Shown: piece after piece, positions 18,368-28,152 of the stretch
Numbering within the stretch: the first letter of the stretch is position 1
Layout: each line of letters starts with the position of its first letter
Made by a program: the position numbers and the translations under genes
Notes under the pieces: generated by a model
Database searches by the model: none
The model's input: the letters and a program-made list of their open reading frames with translations, nothing else
What the model was told of the DNA's origin: nothing
Source: Dehalococcoidia bacterium
GTDB lineage: Bacteria; Chloroflexota; Dehalococcoidia; Lucifugimonadales; VXLM01
Direction: 5' to 3'
Assembly (NCBI GenBank): GCA_963662435.1
Contig: OY759598.1
Span: forward strand, 3,628,507 to 3,692,506
DNA length: 64,000 nucleotides

Positions 18368-20653
18368 TCAATCCCCATTCCGTCGGAGCGACGCAGCGAT
18401 GACCGGAGGGCTCATGGGCAGGTCTGTCATTCGGACGCCGGTAGCGCGGTAGACGGCGTTGGCCATGGCGGCGAGGGGTGGAACGATGCCGGCCTCGCCG
18501 ACTCCCCGGATGCCGAAGGGGTGGCCCGGATTGGGCACCTCGACGATGACGGCCTCGATCATGGGAAGGTCGAGAGACGTCGGCATCCGGTAGTCGAGGA
18601 GGGACGTATTGTTCATATGCCCGTCGTCGGCCATGTTGTACTCTTCGTTGAGGGCCCACCCGATACCCTGGGCCGCTCCCCCCTGGATCTGGCCTTCCAC
18701 GTAGCTCGGATGGATGGCGATTCCGGCGTCCTGGAATGCAGTGCAGCGGACCACGTCGGTCTTGCCGGTGTCGGGATCGACTCGAACGTCTACGATCATG
18801 GCTGCGTAGGCCCGCGCCGCCCCCGTTGAAGTCACGTTGGCTCGTCCGACAATTGGGCCTCCCGTTGCATTGGCCGTCTCGGCGATTTCCCTATACGAAA
18901 AACTCAGTTCGGGGTCGGAGACGTGGGTGAGGTTACCGTCATCGTACCTGACGTTTTCGGCGTCGGTTTCCCAGACGCGCGCCGCCCGCTCGATGAGCTG
19001 GCGTTTCACGTCGTGGGCGGCCTCGTAGGCCGCGTAGCCAGACTTGAAGGCGACGCTGCTCCCGCCGGTGTTGGACGTGTAGCCGATGGAGTCGGTGTCG
19101 CCGATCTGCGGCATGACGTCCTCGACGGGGATGCCCAGCACCTCGGCGAACTGCTGCGAGACGGCGGTGCGCGTGCCGCCGATGTCGACCGAACCCTCGA
19201 CGAGGCTGACCTTTCCGTTAGTCTGGATGTTGGCGATGACGCACGCGGGGCCCGCGCCATTGCCCCATGATCCGAACGCGACTCCCCGGCCGGTGTGGTC
19301 GTCCGTCAGGGGCGCGTTGTAGTGCGGGTGCTCCCGTACTGCCTCCATCATCTCAAAAGCGCCGATGCAAGGGTGGGCCACGCCGTTCGCCATGCGAGTG
19401 CCCTCTCTCGCGGAATTCTTCAAACGGAGATCTACGGGGTCCATGCCAAGCTTCTCGGCAATCTCGTCGATGACCGACTCGCCCGCGAACGCACCCATGG
19501 GCGCTCCCGGCGCGCGATATGCGGCGGTGCTCGGCATATTGTCGACAACGTCGTAGCTGTCGATATGGATGTTGTCGATTTCGTAGGGTGAGAACATGGA
19601 GGTCGCCGCCCCGTTGTGGGATGATCCGGGGTACGCTCCGGACTCAAACGCAATGAGCGCCTTTCCAGCGATGAGGTTGCCGTCCTTCGTCGCGCCCACC
19701 TTGATCTTCGTGTAGCTGCCGGATGTCGGGCCGGTTGCCTCAAGTACATCGGCTCGCGACATGGTGATCTTGACCGGGTGGCCGGACTTCTTGGAGAGGA
19801 TGGCGGCCACCGGCTCGAGGTAGGCCCGGAGCTTGCCACCGAAGCCGCCGCCGATCTCCAGGGGGACGACCTTGACCTCGGACACCGGCACATCGAGGAC
19901 GCGGCAAATCTGGTCGCGCATTCCGAACTGGCCCTGGCTGCTGTTCCAGATCGTCAGCCTGCCGTCCTGTCCCCAGAGGGCGGTGCACGTCTGCGGCTCG
20001 ATGTACCCCTGGTGGACCATCTTCGTGCGAAACTCGCGCTCCACGACTACGTCCGCCTGCGCGAAAGCCGCTTCGGCATCGCCAAGGACCTGCTGAGCGT
20101 GCCCGGCGACGTTGCTGCCGGCCTCAGCCTCGAATCCGAGCCCCTCCGGAGCGGTGATGTTCTCGTGCAGAACGGGAGCGCCCGGCTTCATGGCGTCCTC
20201 GACGTTGGTGACAGCCGGCAGCACCTCGTACTCGACCTCTATCATGCCGAGCGCCTCTTCCGCCGCATGGGGGTTGGAAGCGGCAACGGCAGCGATAGGG
20301 TGCCCTTTGTGCAGCGCCTTGTCGTCGGCGAGCACGGATGTCGAGAGATAGCGCAGGCTCATCACAAGGTCTTCACCGACGTCCATCAGACGATCGTCAG
20401 TCCAGGGAAGGTCTGAATGAGTAACCACCGCCAGGACGCCCGGATATGTCTCCGCACGCCTGGTGTCCACTGACTTGATGCGGGCGTGAGCGTGAGGGCT
20501 GCGCAGGATCTTCCCGTGCAGCAGCCCGGGCAACTGGATGTCCGCGCCGTAGATCGCCCTTCCGGTGACCTTGTCGGTCCCGTCGTGCCGGACGGGTCGC
20601 GTGCCAACTACCTTGAACTTACTCTCGACGCTGTTTTCAACTATGGATGCCAT
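18368..20653 (-). CDS. Xanthine dehydrogenase family molybdopterin-binding subunit (stand-alone)
   Basis: LRSPHAHARI, HQGYIEP, GGGFGGK, AYRAPG, VEGQIQGG, RGVGE; start after GAGGT RBS. Confidence 0.92.
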   Translation of the reverse strand: MASIVENSVESKFKVVGTRPVRHDGTDKVTGRAIYGADIQLPGLLHGKILRSPHAHARIKSVDTRRAETYPGVLAVVTHSDLPWTDDRLMDVGEDLVMSLRYLSTSVLADDKALHKGHPIAAVAASNPHAAEEALGMIEVEYEVLPAVTNVEDAMKPGAPVLHENITAPEGLGFEAEAGSNVAGHAQQVLGDAEAAFAQADVVVEREFRTKMVHQGYIEPQTCTALWGQDGRLTIWNSSQGQFGMRDQICRVLDVPVSEVKVVPLEIGGGFGGKLRAYLEPVAAILSKKSGHPVKITMSRADVLEATGPTSGSYTKIKVGATKDGNLIAGKALIAFESGAYPGSSHNGAATSMFSPYEIDNIHIDSYDVVDNMPSTAAYRAPGAPMGAFAGESVIDEIAEKLGMDPVDLRLKNSAREGTRMANGVAHPCIGAFEMMEAVREHPHYNAPLTDDHTGRGVAFGSWGNGAGPACVIANIQTNGKVSLVEGSVDIGGTRTAVSQQFAEVLGIPVEDVMPQIGDTDSIGYTSNTGGSSVAFKSGYAAYEAAHDVKRQLIERAARVWETDAENVRYDDGNLTHVSDPELSFSYREIAETANATGGPIVGRANVTSTGAARAYAAMIVDVRVDPDTGKTDVVRCTAFQDAGIAIHPSYVEGQIQGGAAQGIGWALNEEYNMADDGHMNNTSLLDYRMPTSLDLPMIEAVIVEVPNPGHPFGIRGVGEAGIVPPLAAMANAVYRATGVRMTDLPMSPPVIAASLRRNGD

Positions 20654-20775
20654 GGCAACTACCTCACCGATTGCGGGCAGGGAAACGCCGCGGAATTGCG
20701 CGCCCGTCATTCTAGCACAGCGCCGTTCGCCGCTCGGCAACGGTCTGTTGCCCTTTCACCGGAATCGCCTCCTAA

Positions 20776-20940
20776 TAGGGTGGCTCCAGAGTGTTCTTGG
20801 GAACGTCCAAAGGTAACCATTGCCCGCTCGCCCCCCGTATCAAGTACGGGGCAGGCACTGAGTTTGTCGCAAGGTCGAGGCGCTGTTCATGGTTCGACAA
20901 GCTCACTACGAACGGGTTTCGAGGACTTCGGAAGCGCTTC
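20776..20940. mobile_element. Degenerate MITE copy carrying a 25-bp nested hairpin
   Basis: Colinear with 27947-28087 except for the insertion at 20833-20857. Confidence 0.6.
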
Positions 20941-21095
20941 TTAGTCCGCCGGCTCAAGGCTGGGATTCACCCTGTCCCGGCATGCGTTTTGTCGTGCTTG
21001 CCATTATGGGAAGGTATATGGTAATGTTGGGCGAAATTGGGCCAATGGGCCCTTCAGGGCGTACGCGCCATCGAGAATAACCCGAACGGGGAGGT

Positions 21096-22118
21096 TTGCT
21101 AACCATGGGAATGGGAATGTTGCCACTGATCGTGATGCGGACTATTCTCGGTGCGTTTACCCTCGCGATTATCTCCTTCCTCACCTTCGTTATCATCCAG
21201 TTGCCCGAAGGCGACTACGTTGACCGATATATCGAGATGCTCCGCCTTGAGGGCGACGAGATCAGCCAGCAAGAGGCGGACGCCATTCGCGACTACTATG
21301 GCCTCAATCGCCCCATGCTTGTACAGTATTGGTTCTGGATTTCTCGCATCATTTTCAAGCTTGACTTTGGGCGTTCCTTCGCCCGCCAGCGCACTATCAA
21401 GGAGCTACTTGCAGATAGACTGCAGTTCACCATTGCCTTGGCGGCCTTCACTGCTGTCTTGATTTGGGTGTTCTCGTTACCCGTGGGCATTTATTCTGCC
21501 GTAAGACACCATACCTTTGGGGATTATGCGTTCACTTTATTGGGGTTCACTGGGCTAGCTGTGCCCGATTTCTTATTGGGCTTAGTCATGATGTACGTGT
21601 TCTTCGCCTACTTTGGGTGGAGTGTGGGCGGCTTATTCTCAGGCCAATACATCAATGCTCCATGGAGCGTGGGCAAGGTGATAGACATGCTCCAGCACCT
21701 GATCGTGCCCGGCGTGGTATTGGGCACGGCAGGCACGGCAGGGCAGATTCGTGTGTTACGCAACAACCTGCTTGACGAACTCGCGAAACCCTACGTCGTC
21801 ACGGCGAGAGCCAAGGGCGTCGTGGCATGGAAGCTTGTCGTCAAGTACCCACTTCGCATAGCGATCAACCCGCTGATCAGCGGATTCGGCAGCCTGTTGC
21901 CGAGTCTCTTGGGCGGGTCGGTGATCGTGTCGATCGTGCTCAGCCTGCCTACACTCGGTCCTCTGATGCTTAGAGCGCTGGAACAGCAGGACATGTACCT
22001 GGCTGGCAGCATCTTCCTGCTGCTATCGACACTGACAATCATCGGCGTGCTCATCTCCGACCTGATGCTTGTTGTCGTGGACCCGCGCATCAGGCTTATG
22101 GGCGGCGCCGGCCAGTAG
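21096..22118 (+). CDS. Peptide/nickel ABC transporter permease (OppB/DppB-like); start uncertain
   Basis: YYGLNRPMLVQY, LDFGRS, YVVTARAKG EAA loop. Confidence 0.9.
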   Translation: MLTMGMGMLPLIVMRTILGAFTLAIISFLTFVIIQLPEGDYVDRYIEMLRLEGDEISQQEADAIRDYYGLNRPMLVQYWFWISRIIFKLDFGRSFARQRTIKELLADRLQFTIALAAFTAVLIWVFSLPVGIYSAVRHHTFGDYAFTLLGFTGLAVPDFLLGLVMMYVFFAYFGWSVGGLFSGQYINAPWSVGKVIDMLQHLIVPGVVLGTAGTAGQIRVLRNNLLDELAKPYVVTARAKGVVAWKLVVKYPLRIAINPLISGFGSLLPSLLGGSVIVSIVLSLPTLGPLMLRALEQQDMYLAGSIFLLLSTLTIIGVLISDLMLVVVDPRIRLMGGAGQ

Positions 22119-22146
22119 TCGCAAGACCAAGAACTGAATCAGCCAA

Positions 22147-22184
22147 GAGACCCCCTTGCGGCATCGCAAGGGGGTCTTGCTTTT
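22147..22184 (+). terminator. Rho-independent terminator
   Basis: AGACCCCCTTGCG GCAT CGCAAGGGGGTCT followed by TGCTTTT. Confidence 0.75.
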
Positions 22185-22334
22185 GAGGGATTCTCCTTGT
22201 GACTCTTGGGAGGCGGTTCCCCTTAGTTCGCCACATGATCGGAGCAGGCGCTGTGCCAGTCAAGTCCCCTTAGGCGCATTTCTCATGAACCGCATGACGA
22301 AGGCGCTCCCGGTCATTCGAGGCGCCAAAACCGC

Positions 22335-22363
22335 TTGACAGTATAGGGTTTCACGCATACCAT
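22335..22363 (+). promoter_or_regulatory. sigma70 promoter of rny
   Basis: TTGACA-N17-TACCAT, then GGAGGT RBS. Confidence 0.7.
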
Positions 22364-22417
22364 GAGAGTACGCTACCTAGTCTTACTAGGTGGCCAAACT
22401 GGTATGGAGGTGAGCGC

Positions 22418-23977
22418 ATGGACGCGCCAATTATTGTCCTGCTCGCCGTCCTATCCGGTCTGTTTGGCATTGGTCTAGGTGCACTGGGCTTCTTTTTCGT
22501 CTGGAGTAACGTCTCCGGCAACCGCATGGAGACAGCGAAGAACGAGGCTTCGAAAGTCGTCGAGGACGCCCGCTCCGAGGAGCGACGTCTCGTACGAGAG
22601 GCCCGTGAGGAAGCTAAGCGCACCGTATCAAGTGGTGAGTCAAGAATCAGGGAAGGTGAAGACGAGCTTCGCGAGCGCCGCAGAGAGGTGCAGCGCGTCG
22701 AGCGGAGGCTGTCGAACCGTGAAGAGAATCTCGATAAACGGGCGGGTAACCTCGAACGTCGCGAACGCGACCTGACAACCAAAGAGGAACGCGCAGCGGA
22801 GATCGAGAACGATCTGCAGGACCTCAAGCTAAAGCAAGCGCAGCGGCTTGAGGAGGTTTCCAACCTCAGTATGGAGGACGCTCAGGCCGAGTTGATGCGT
22901 CTGGCCGAGGAGGAAATCCAGCACGAACTGGCCCTTCAGTACCGCGACATGGAAGACGAGGCGCGGTCTCGGGCCGACGACAGCGCTCGTGAGATCATCA
23001 GCGAGGCGATCCAGCGCCTTGCGTCGGACGTGGTCTCCGAAGCTACCCTGACCTCAGTGCCACTGCCAAACGATGAGATGAAAGGTCGTCTCATCGGCCG
23101 TGAAGGACGGAACATCAGAGCAATCGAAAAGGCGACCGGGGTCGATCTCATTATTGACGACACCCCGGAAGCCGTAACCATCTCGTGCTTCGACCCCATT
23201 CGCCGGGAGGTCGCGAGGCTGGCCCTGACCAAGCTGGTCACGGACGGAAGGATCCACCCGGCCAGGATCGAGGACATGGTCGCCAAGACCGAAAAGGACC
23301 TACAGGATACCATCCGCAAGACGGGCGAAAACACCGTACGTGACGTCGCCGTGCGTGGTCTCAATAAGGAGGTCATCCAGCTGCTGGGACGACTGCAGTA
23401 CCGGTTCAGCTACGGTGAGAATGTGCTCCAGCACAGTGTCGAGGTGGCCCACCTCGCAGCCGCCATGGCCGCGGAGATCGGCGCCAATGTTCGCGTCGCC
23501 AAGATGGGCGGGCTGCTGCACGATATCGGCAAGGCCCTCACCCACGAGGTAGAGGGGCCACACGCCGAGATCGGCGCCGAGGTCGCCGAAAAGAACAAGG
23601 TGCCGAAGGCGGTGGTCGCAGCTATAGCCGAGCACCACGATGACGAACACTCCAGCCCGGAGTCGTTCCTCGTCGCCGCGGCAGACGCGATCAGCGCCGC
23701 GAGGCCGGGCGCGCGCCGCGATACAGTCGAGCACTACCTCAAGAGGCTCCAGGCACTCGAACAGGTTGGCATGGCGTTCGAGGGCGTGGAAAAGTGCTAC
23801 GCCATTCAGGCCGGACGGGAAATCCGCATCCTGGTCAAGCCCGAGGATATCGACGATCTCGCCGCCAACAACATGGCGCGCAATGTCGTCAAGAAGATCG
23901 AGCAGGAGCTCACGTATCCCGGACAGATCAAGGTAACGGTAATTCGTGAGAATCGAGCCGTGGAGTACGCTCGCTAG
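22418..23977 (+). CDS. rny: Ribonuclease Y
   Basis: N-terminal TM, coiled coil, KH domain ([14 protein letters not shown]), HD domain (LLHDIGK), [10 protein letters not shown]. Confidence 0.97.
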   Translation: MDAPIIVLLAVLSGLFGIGLGALGFFFVWSNVSGNRMETAKNEASKVVEDARSEERRLVREAREEAKRTVSSGESRIREGEDELRERRREVQRVERRLSNREENLDKRAGNLERRERDLTTKEERAAEIENDLQDLKLKQAQRLEEVSNLSMEDAQAELMRLAEEEIQHELALQYRDMEDEARSRADDSAREIISEAIQRLASDVVSEATLTSVPLPNDEMKGRLIGREGRNIRAIEKATGVDLIIDDTPEAVTISCFDPIRREVARLALTKLVTDGRIHPARIEDMVAKTEKDLQDTIRKTGENTVRDVAVRGLNKEVIQLLGRLQYRFSYGENVLQHSVEVAHLAAAMAAEIGANVRVAKMGGLLHDIGKALTHEVEGPHAEIGAEVAEKNKVPKAVVAAIAEHHDDEHSSPESFLVAAADAISAARPGARRDTVEHYLKRLQALEQVGMAFEGVEKCYAIQAGREIRILVKPEDIDDLAANNMARNVVKKIEQELTYPGQIKVTVIRENRAVEYAR

Positions 23978-24004
23978 TTCACTGACGGAATCGAATTCAG
24001 TCCA

Positions 24005-24043
24005 GCCGCCTCCGGCGTCAATCGCCGGGGGCGGTCTTGGTTT
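24005..24043 (+). terminator. Probable terminator hairpin after rny
   Basis: GCCGCCTCCGGCG...CGCCGGGGGCGGT followed by CTTGGTTT. Confidence 0.5.
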
Positions 24044-24087
24044 CCGGCATCTCCCTTGAACGGATACAATGATCTAAAACAACACAA

Positions 24088-24208
24088 CCCGCTCGCCCTG
24101 AGCTTGTCGATAGCAATTGAACCCCGTTCAGCCTCGTATCAAGTATGGGGCAGGCTCCGGGCTCGTCGGAGGGTCGTTCATGGTCAGACGAGCTCACCGC
24201 GAACGGGC
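24088..24208. repeat. Cluster of REP-like elements with a nested 25-bp hairpin (24132-24156)
   Basis: CCCGCTCGCCCTGAGCTTGTCGA..., CCTCGTATCAAGTATGGGGCAGGCT, ...GAGCTCACCGCGAACGGG. Confidence 0.7.
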
Positions 24209-24254
24209 TGAATTTGCCGATTGAACTTTTCCCAACAACCCAGAGGACCCGGAA

Positions 24255-25109
24255 TTGCATGAGGTAGACCTCCATCTCCACACCGCCCACTCCGACGGCA
24301 CGCTCAGCCCGTCAGACCTCGTTGATCTGTGCGCCCAAAAGCGTCTCAAGGTCATCGCCATCAGCGACCACGACTCCACCGAGGGCGTCGCGGAGGCGCA
24401 GGAGGCGGCAGTGCGACACGGCATTGAGATCATACCTGCCATCGAGCTCAGCACCGACGTGCCCGACAACGAGATCCACATGCTGGGATACTTCGTCGAT
24501 TTGGAGGACGCCGGCTTTCAGGAGCTCCTCAGGTCATTTCGCGCAGGGCGCGAGGACCGCGGGAGGGAAATGGTCGAGAGGCTGAGCAGTCTGGGACTGG
24601 AGATCACCTGGGCAGAGGTCGAGCGCATAGCTGACGGCGCGGCCGTCGGACGGCCCCACATCGCCCAGGCAATGATCGAGCGCGGCTACGTCTCCGAATG
24701 GCAGGAAGCCTTCGAGCGTTACATTGGACGCACCGGACCGGCATATGTTGAGCGTACCCGCCTTGAGCCTGAAGAGGCGATCCAAGTATTGTTGGACAAC
24801 GGCGCCCTTCCGGTCATGGCGCATCCGCTGTACTACGAGCGAGAGGATACCCAAATCCTCAGACGAATCGTTTCAGATCTCAAGGATGCCGGAATGGTCG
24901 GTCTCGAAGTCCACTACGGCGAATTCTCCAAAGGGGAGATTCAAATGCTCGCGAACATCGCCGCGGAGTTCGATCTCATTCCTTGCGGCGGGAGCGACTA
25001 TCACGCCTCCGGCAAGCCGGGTGAGATCATACCCGGAGAGGCGGGTCCTCCGATTACAGTGGTAGAGTCACTCAGGGTCAGGAAGAAGGACATGGCAAGG
25101 GTGTCATGA
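24255..25109 (+). CDS. PHP domain protein (TrpH/YciV-like phosphoesterase)
   Basis: DLHLHTAHSDG, ISDHDS, EIHMLGY, GRPHIA, GGSDYH. Confidence 0.92.
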   Translation: MHEVDLHLHTAHSDGTLSPSDLVDLCAQKRLKVIAISDHDSTEGVAEAQEAAVRHGIEIIPAIELSTDVPDNEIHMLGYFVDLEDAGFQELLRSFRAGREDRGREMVERLSSLGLEITWAEVERIADGAAVGRPHIAQAMIERGYVSEWQEAFERYIGRTGPAYVERTRLEPEEAIQVLLDNGALPVMAHPLYYEREDTQILRRIVSDLKDAGMVGLEVHYGEFSKGEIQMLANIAAEFDLIPCGGSDYHASGKPGEIIPGEAGPPITVVESLRVRKKDMARVS

Positions 25110-25798
25110 CCATCACCGCTGCCGCATTCATCGTCGGAGCTTACCTCCTGGGGGCCGTGCCTACATCATTCCTGGTAGGCAGATGGCTCAAGGGAGTGGA
25201 CATCCGCACGTCCGGTTCAGGCAACGTCGGAGCTTCGAATCTCAGCGAGCACGTCGGACGATGGATCGGCATTTCCGTGGGACTGTTCGATCTCTTGGTG
25301 AAGGCTACCGCCCCTATCCTCATCGCTGACATATTCTTCGACCAACCACCGGTCGTCCAGGCCGCCATCGGCCTCGCCGCCGTGCTCGGCCACAACTGGT
25401 CTCCCTACCTGAACATGACCGGCGGGAGGGGCATTTCCACGGTTATCGGAATCATGCTCGCCTTCGCCATGTGGCCGGAAATCCTCATAGGCATAGTCCT
25501 AGTCGGCCTCGTGGGAACACTCTGGCTCAAGGACATGGCGTTGTGGATGTTCATTGTGATAGTGGCGCTCCCCGGTCTTGCACTCTTGTTCGGCCAAGTC
25601 TTCGAACGTGACTTCACGATCGTAGTCCTCTTCGCCTGTCTCGCCATCGCGCTGTTGGCGAAGAGACTGACCGCCAACTGGGAGCAGCCTGCGGGAGGAT
25701 TCAACTGGCGGGTCTTCGTCTATCGCATACTTTGGGACCGGGACGTGAGGCGACAGGAGGAATGGACGCGACGGGGAATCGAAGGGGAGACGGCATAG
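25106..25798 (+). CDS. plsY: Glycerol-3-phosphate acyltransferase
   Basis: AYLLGAVP, DIRTSGSGNVGASN, DLLVK, LGHNWS..GGRG; ATGA overlap with the PHP gene. Confidence 0.85.
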   Translation: MTITAAAFIVGAYLLGAVPTSFLVGRWLKGVDIRTSGSGNVGASNLSEHVGRWIGISVGLFDLLVKATAPILIADIFFDQPPVVQAAIGLAAVLGHNWSPYLNMTGGRGISTVIGIMLAFAMWPEILIGIVLVGLVGTLWLKDMALWMFIVIVALPGLALLFGQVFERDFTIVVLFACLAIALLAKRLTANWEQPAGGFNWRVFVYRILWDRDVRRQEEWTRRGIEGETA

Positions 25799-26286
25799 TG
25801 GGCGAACAAGAAGCGGGCGCGATCTACTGCGCGCTGCACAAAGAGACCCCGACGGGCCTACGCTGCGGCAGGTGCGAGACGCCCGTATGCCCCCAGTGCA
25901 TGGTCCACGGTCCCGTAGGGGTGCGCTGCCCTGACTGCGGCAAGCCGCCCAAGCTGCCTCAGTTTGAGGTCTCGACGCCTCTGGTCCTGCGGGCAATCGC
26001 GGCCAGTCTCGTTATCGGCCTCGCCGGCGGCTTCCTTCTTCTCTTCGTTATCGGCTTCGGGTTCTTCTATCTCTTAGCCGCAGCCGCGTTCGGCTACGCG
26101 CTGGCCGAAGGAACCAGCTTCGCGGCGAACAGGAAACGGGGCCCGAAACTCGCGATCGTTGCCGCGATAGGCGCGATTGTGGGACACGTGCCGATCATCG
26201 CGCTGTTGGGCGTGGTGACGATATTCGTGATTCTCGGAGCGGTAGTTGCCGCAGTAGTGGCCTTCGTCCGGCTGAGGCAGCCGTAG
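25798..26286 (+). CDS. B-box-like zinc-finger membrane protein
   Basis: CALH...CGRC..VCPQC....VGVRCPDC followed by TM segments; GTG start overlaps the plsY stop. Confidence 0.7.
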   Translation: MGEQEAGAIYCALHKETPTGLRCGRCETPVCPQCMVHGPVGVRCPDCGKPPKLPQFEVSTPLVLRAIAASLVIGLAGGFLLLFVIGFGFFYLLAAAAFGYALAEGTSFAANRKRGPKLAIVAAIGAIVGHVPIIALLGVVTIFVILGAVVAAVVAFVRLRQP

Positions 26287-26401
26287 CCGGGGTCTTTTGA
26301 GCGACACCCCGTACGCAAAGTGAGTGGCATGTGGAAGGCCCCGTAAGCCTTGAGCCTGTCGAAGGGCCATGGCCTGCACCATCTCCGATAGTGACACACT
26401 G

Positions 26402-26707
26402 CTAAGGGCTGTCGAGCTTCTTGCCTAGCTTCCTGCCTGCGTAATAGAGGTAGTTTACTGCGTCAGCCACTTCTTCCCTCAATGACTCCCGCTCGTCTGA
26501 TCTATCGGAGGCTGCCAGTTTTCTGAGTCGGTAGGTAATGTAGGTCTTTGCTCCCTGCCAACTACTCCACGCTGTTCCCTGTTTACCCCGTATATACTCG
26601 TGAACTAACAGCCAGTCTACATCCAACTCTTCTGATATCTTTGTTATGGATTTGCCCTGTTTCGCCATTTGCCCAGCCTTAAGTTTCCATGGCTTAATCC
26701 TGGCCAT
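26402..26707 (-). CDS. Hypothetical protein (lower GC), possible N-terminal HTH
   Basis: GGAG RBS; MARIKPWKLKAGQMAKQGKSITKISEELDVDW. Confidence 0.5.
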   Translation of the reverse strand: MARIKPWKLKAGQMAKQGKSITKISEELDVDWLLVHEYIRGKQGTAWSSWQGAKTYITYRLRKLAASDRSDERESLREEVADAVNYLYYAGRKLGKKLDSP

Positions 26708-26780
26708 ACCGAAATCTCCCTCGCTTATGGTATCCGGGATCGGGTGTAGGAGCCCGTTGCAACTTCCAGCCGGACGCCCC

Positions 26781-27089
26781 TTACGCCAGGGACTCGACAA
26801 TATCCGCGGCCGTCAGCGCCTCCAGCAGCGCTGCGACGTTCACGTCTTTCTTGGTGTGGTGACGCAGGGGAAGTTCGGGGTCGACGCTGTAGAGGTTGCG
26901 TCTTCCGCTCTTGTGCCGCTGGATGTATCCCGCCTCTTCCAGGTCGGAGATGATCTTGTGGGTCGTGCGCTCGGTGATGCCGACGTGATTCGATATCTCC
27001 CGCGCGGTGTGATCGGGATTGTGGTAGATATAGCTGAGCACCAACCCATGGTTGGTGATGAACGTCCACCCGGTGGGTCGCATAGTCAT
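26781..27089 (-). CDS. Winged-helix (MarR/AsnC-like) DNA-binding protein
   Basis: WTFITNHGLVL..REISNHVGITERTTHKIISDLEEAGYI..GRRNLY. Confidence 0.8.
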   Translation of the reverse strand: MTMRPTGWTFITNHGLVLSYIYHNPDHTAREISNHVGITERTTHKIISDLEEAGYIQRHKSGRRNLYSVDPELPLRHHTKKDVNVAALLEALTAADIVESLA

Positions 27090-27155
27090 TTTCGGCCTAC
27101 CTTCGGGTACTGACCGCATCCTACCATACGGCCATTTTGTCCGCAATCACGTTGC

Positions 27156-27569
27156 TTACGGCTCGACTCTTCGGAGTCCGGGTACCCTGTCGAAGTCTCG
27201 GTCGTAGCTCATAATTTCGGCTACGCCGTTCCGCCTCATGTGCGCCGCAGCCAGTGCGTCTTCGAAGTCAAGAAATGGGGACGACGCATAGAGGTCCAGG
27301 GGTTCTAGGTAAACCCGCTTCTGCGGAAGCTTAAGGCCCCTGAGTGTGATTATCGGTACCAGTCGGGCCCTGATTTCTTCGGCACCCAATCGGTAAGGGG
27401 CCCGACGGGAGGAGAGAACATAGACAACCTCAGTGACGATCGCTTCGCAGGTGAAGAGTTCTTCTTCACCTGCCTCGACCCGCTTGAAGAGTCGATAACA
27501 CGCTTGGGCCTTCGCCTCGTCGTCCCCAGTCAAGTAACTGAGGATGACGTTCGTATCCAAGAAAATCAT
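27156..27569 (-). CDS. vapC: PIN-domain toxin (VapC family)
   Basis: MIFLDTNV, EVVYVL, DFEDAL, SYDRDFD acidic residues. Confidence 0.85.
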   Translation of the reverse strand: MIFLDTNVILSYLTGDDEAKAQACYRLFKRVEAGEEELFTCEAIVTEVVYVLSSRRAPYRLGAEEIRARLVPIITLRGLKLPQKRVYLEPLDLYASSPFLDFEDALAAAHMRRNGVAEIMSYDRDFDRVPGLRRVEP

Positions 27570-27834
27570 GCCTCGCTCAGTTCTCTCGCCGTTCTCGCTG
27601 CCTTGTCGTCCTTGGCGTTTCGAGCAATTTCATCCCAGTCCTCGGGTTTAGAGGATGCCTTAACGGAGCCGTATGCCGACTCCGAGTGAAGGTGGCAGCG
27701 GTCAACCGAACTTTCCCTCCGTCTTCTACAGTGAAAGCGACTTTGTCCCTTGGCTTCAATTCCAGGGTGCGACGCAATTCGGCCGGTATCGTTACCTGGT
27801 TTCGCTGAGTGGTGGCGGCAATGAATTCTCTCAT
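27566..27834 (-). pseudogene. AbrB/MazE/SpoVT-family antitoxin with an apparent 1-bp frameshift near 27683
   Basis: N-terminus QVTIPAELRRTLELKPRDKVAF is AbrB-like; the shifted frame reads ESAYGSVK..EDWDEIARNAK..ELSEA* and ends in an ATGA overlap with vapC. Confidence 0.7.
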
Positions 27835-27946
27835 GTCTCCTCCAATGGGGAGTGGAAGATACAGTGCAGTAATTCTAAATCATTGTGAATCGCAAAATGT
27901 ATTGTAATTCGCGTCGCACAACATCATCGATTCGCAACGAAACTCA

Positions 27947-28087
27947 GAGGGTGTATCCAAGGTGTTCTTGGGAGCATCCAAAGGTGACTATTGCCCGCTC
28001 GCCCAGAGCTTGTCGAAGGGTCGAGGCGCTGTTCACGATTCGTCAAGCTCACCACGAACGGGTTTTACGGACTTCGGAGACACCCTC
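27947..28087. mobile_element. 141-bp MITE with terminal inverted repeats, 3-bp TCA duplication and an internal REP pair
   Basis: TCA|GAGGGTGTATCC ... GGAGACACCCTC|TCA; second copy at 20776-20940. Confidence 0.7.
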
Positions 28088-28152
28088 TCAGTGACGTTTT
28101 CCCTATCAGGTAGGTGGCTTGCCAATCCAATCGACACCGGATTTCGCCCGCC

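Noticed and set aside
22211..22336. 6S-like RNA upstream of rny
   Set aside because: Some complementarity exists (AGGCGGTT/AACCGCTT, ATGATCGG/CCGGTCAT), but it runs into the rny -35 box and is plausible by chance in GC-rich DNA.
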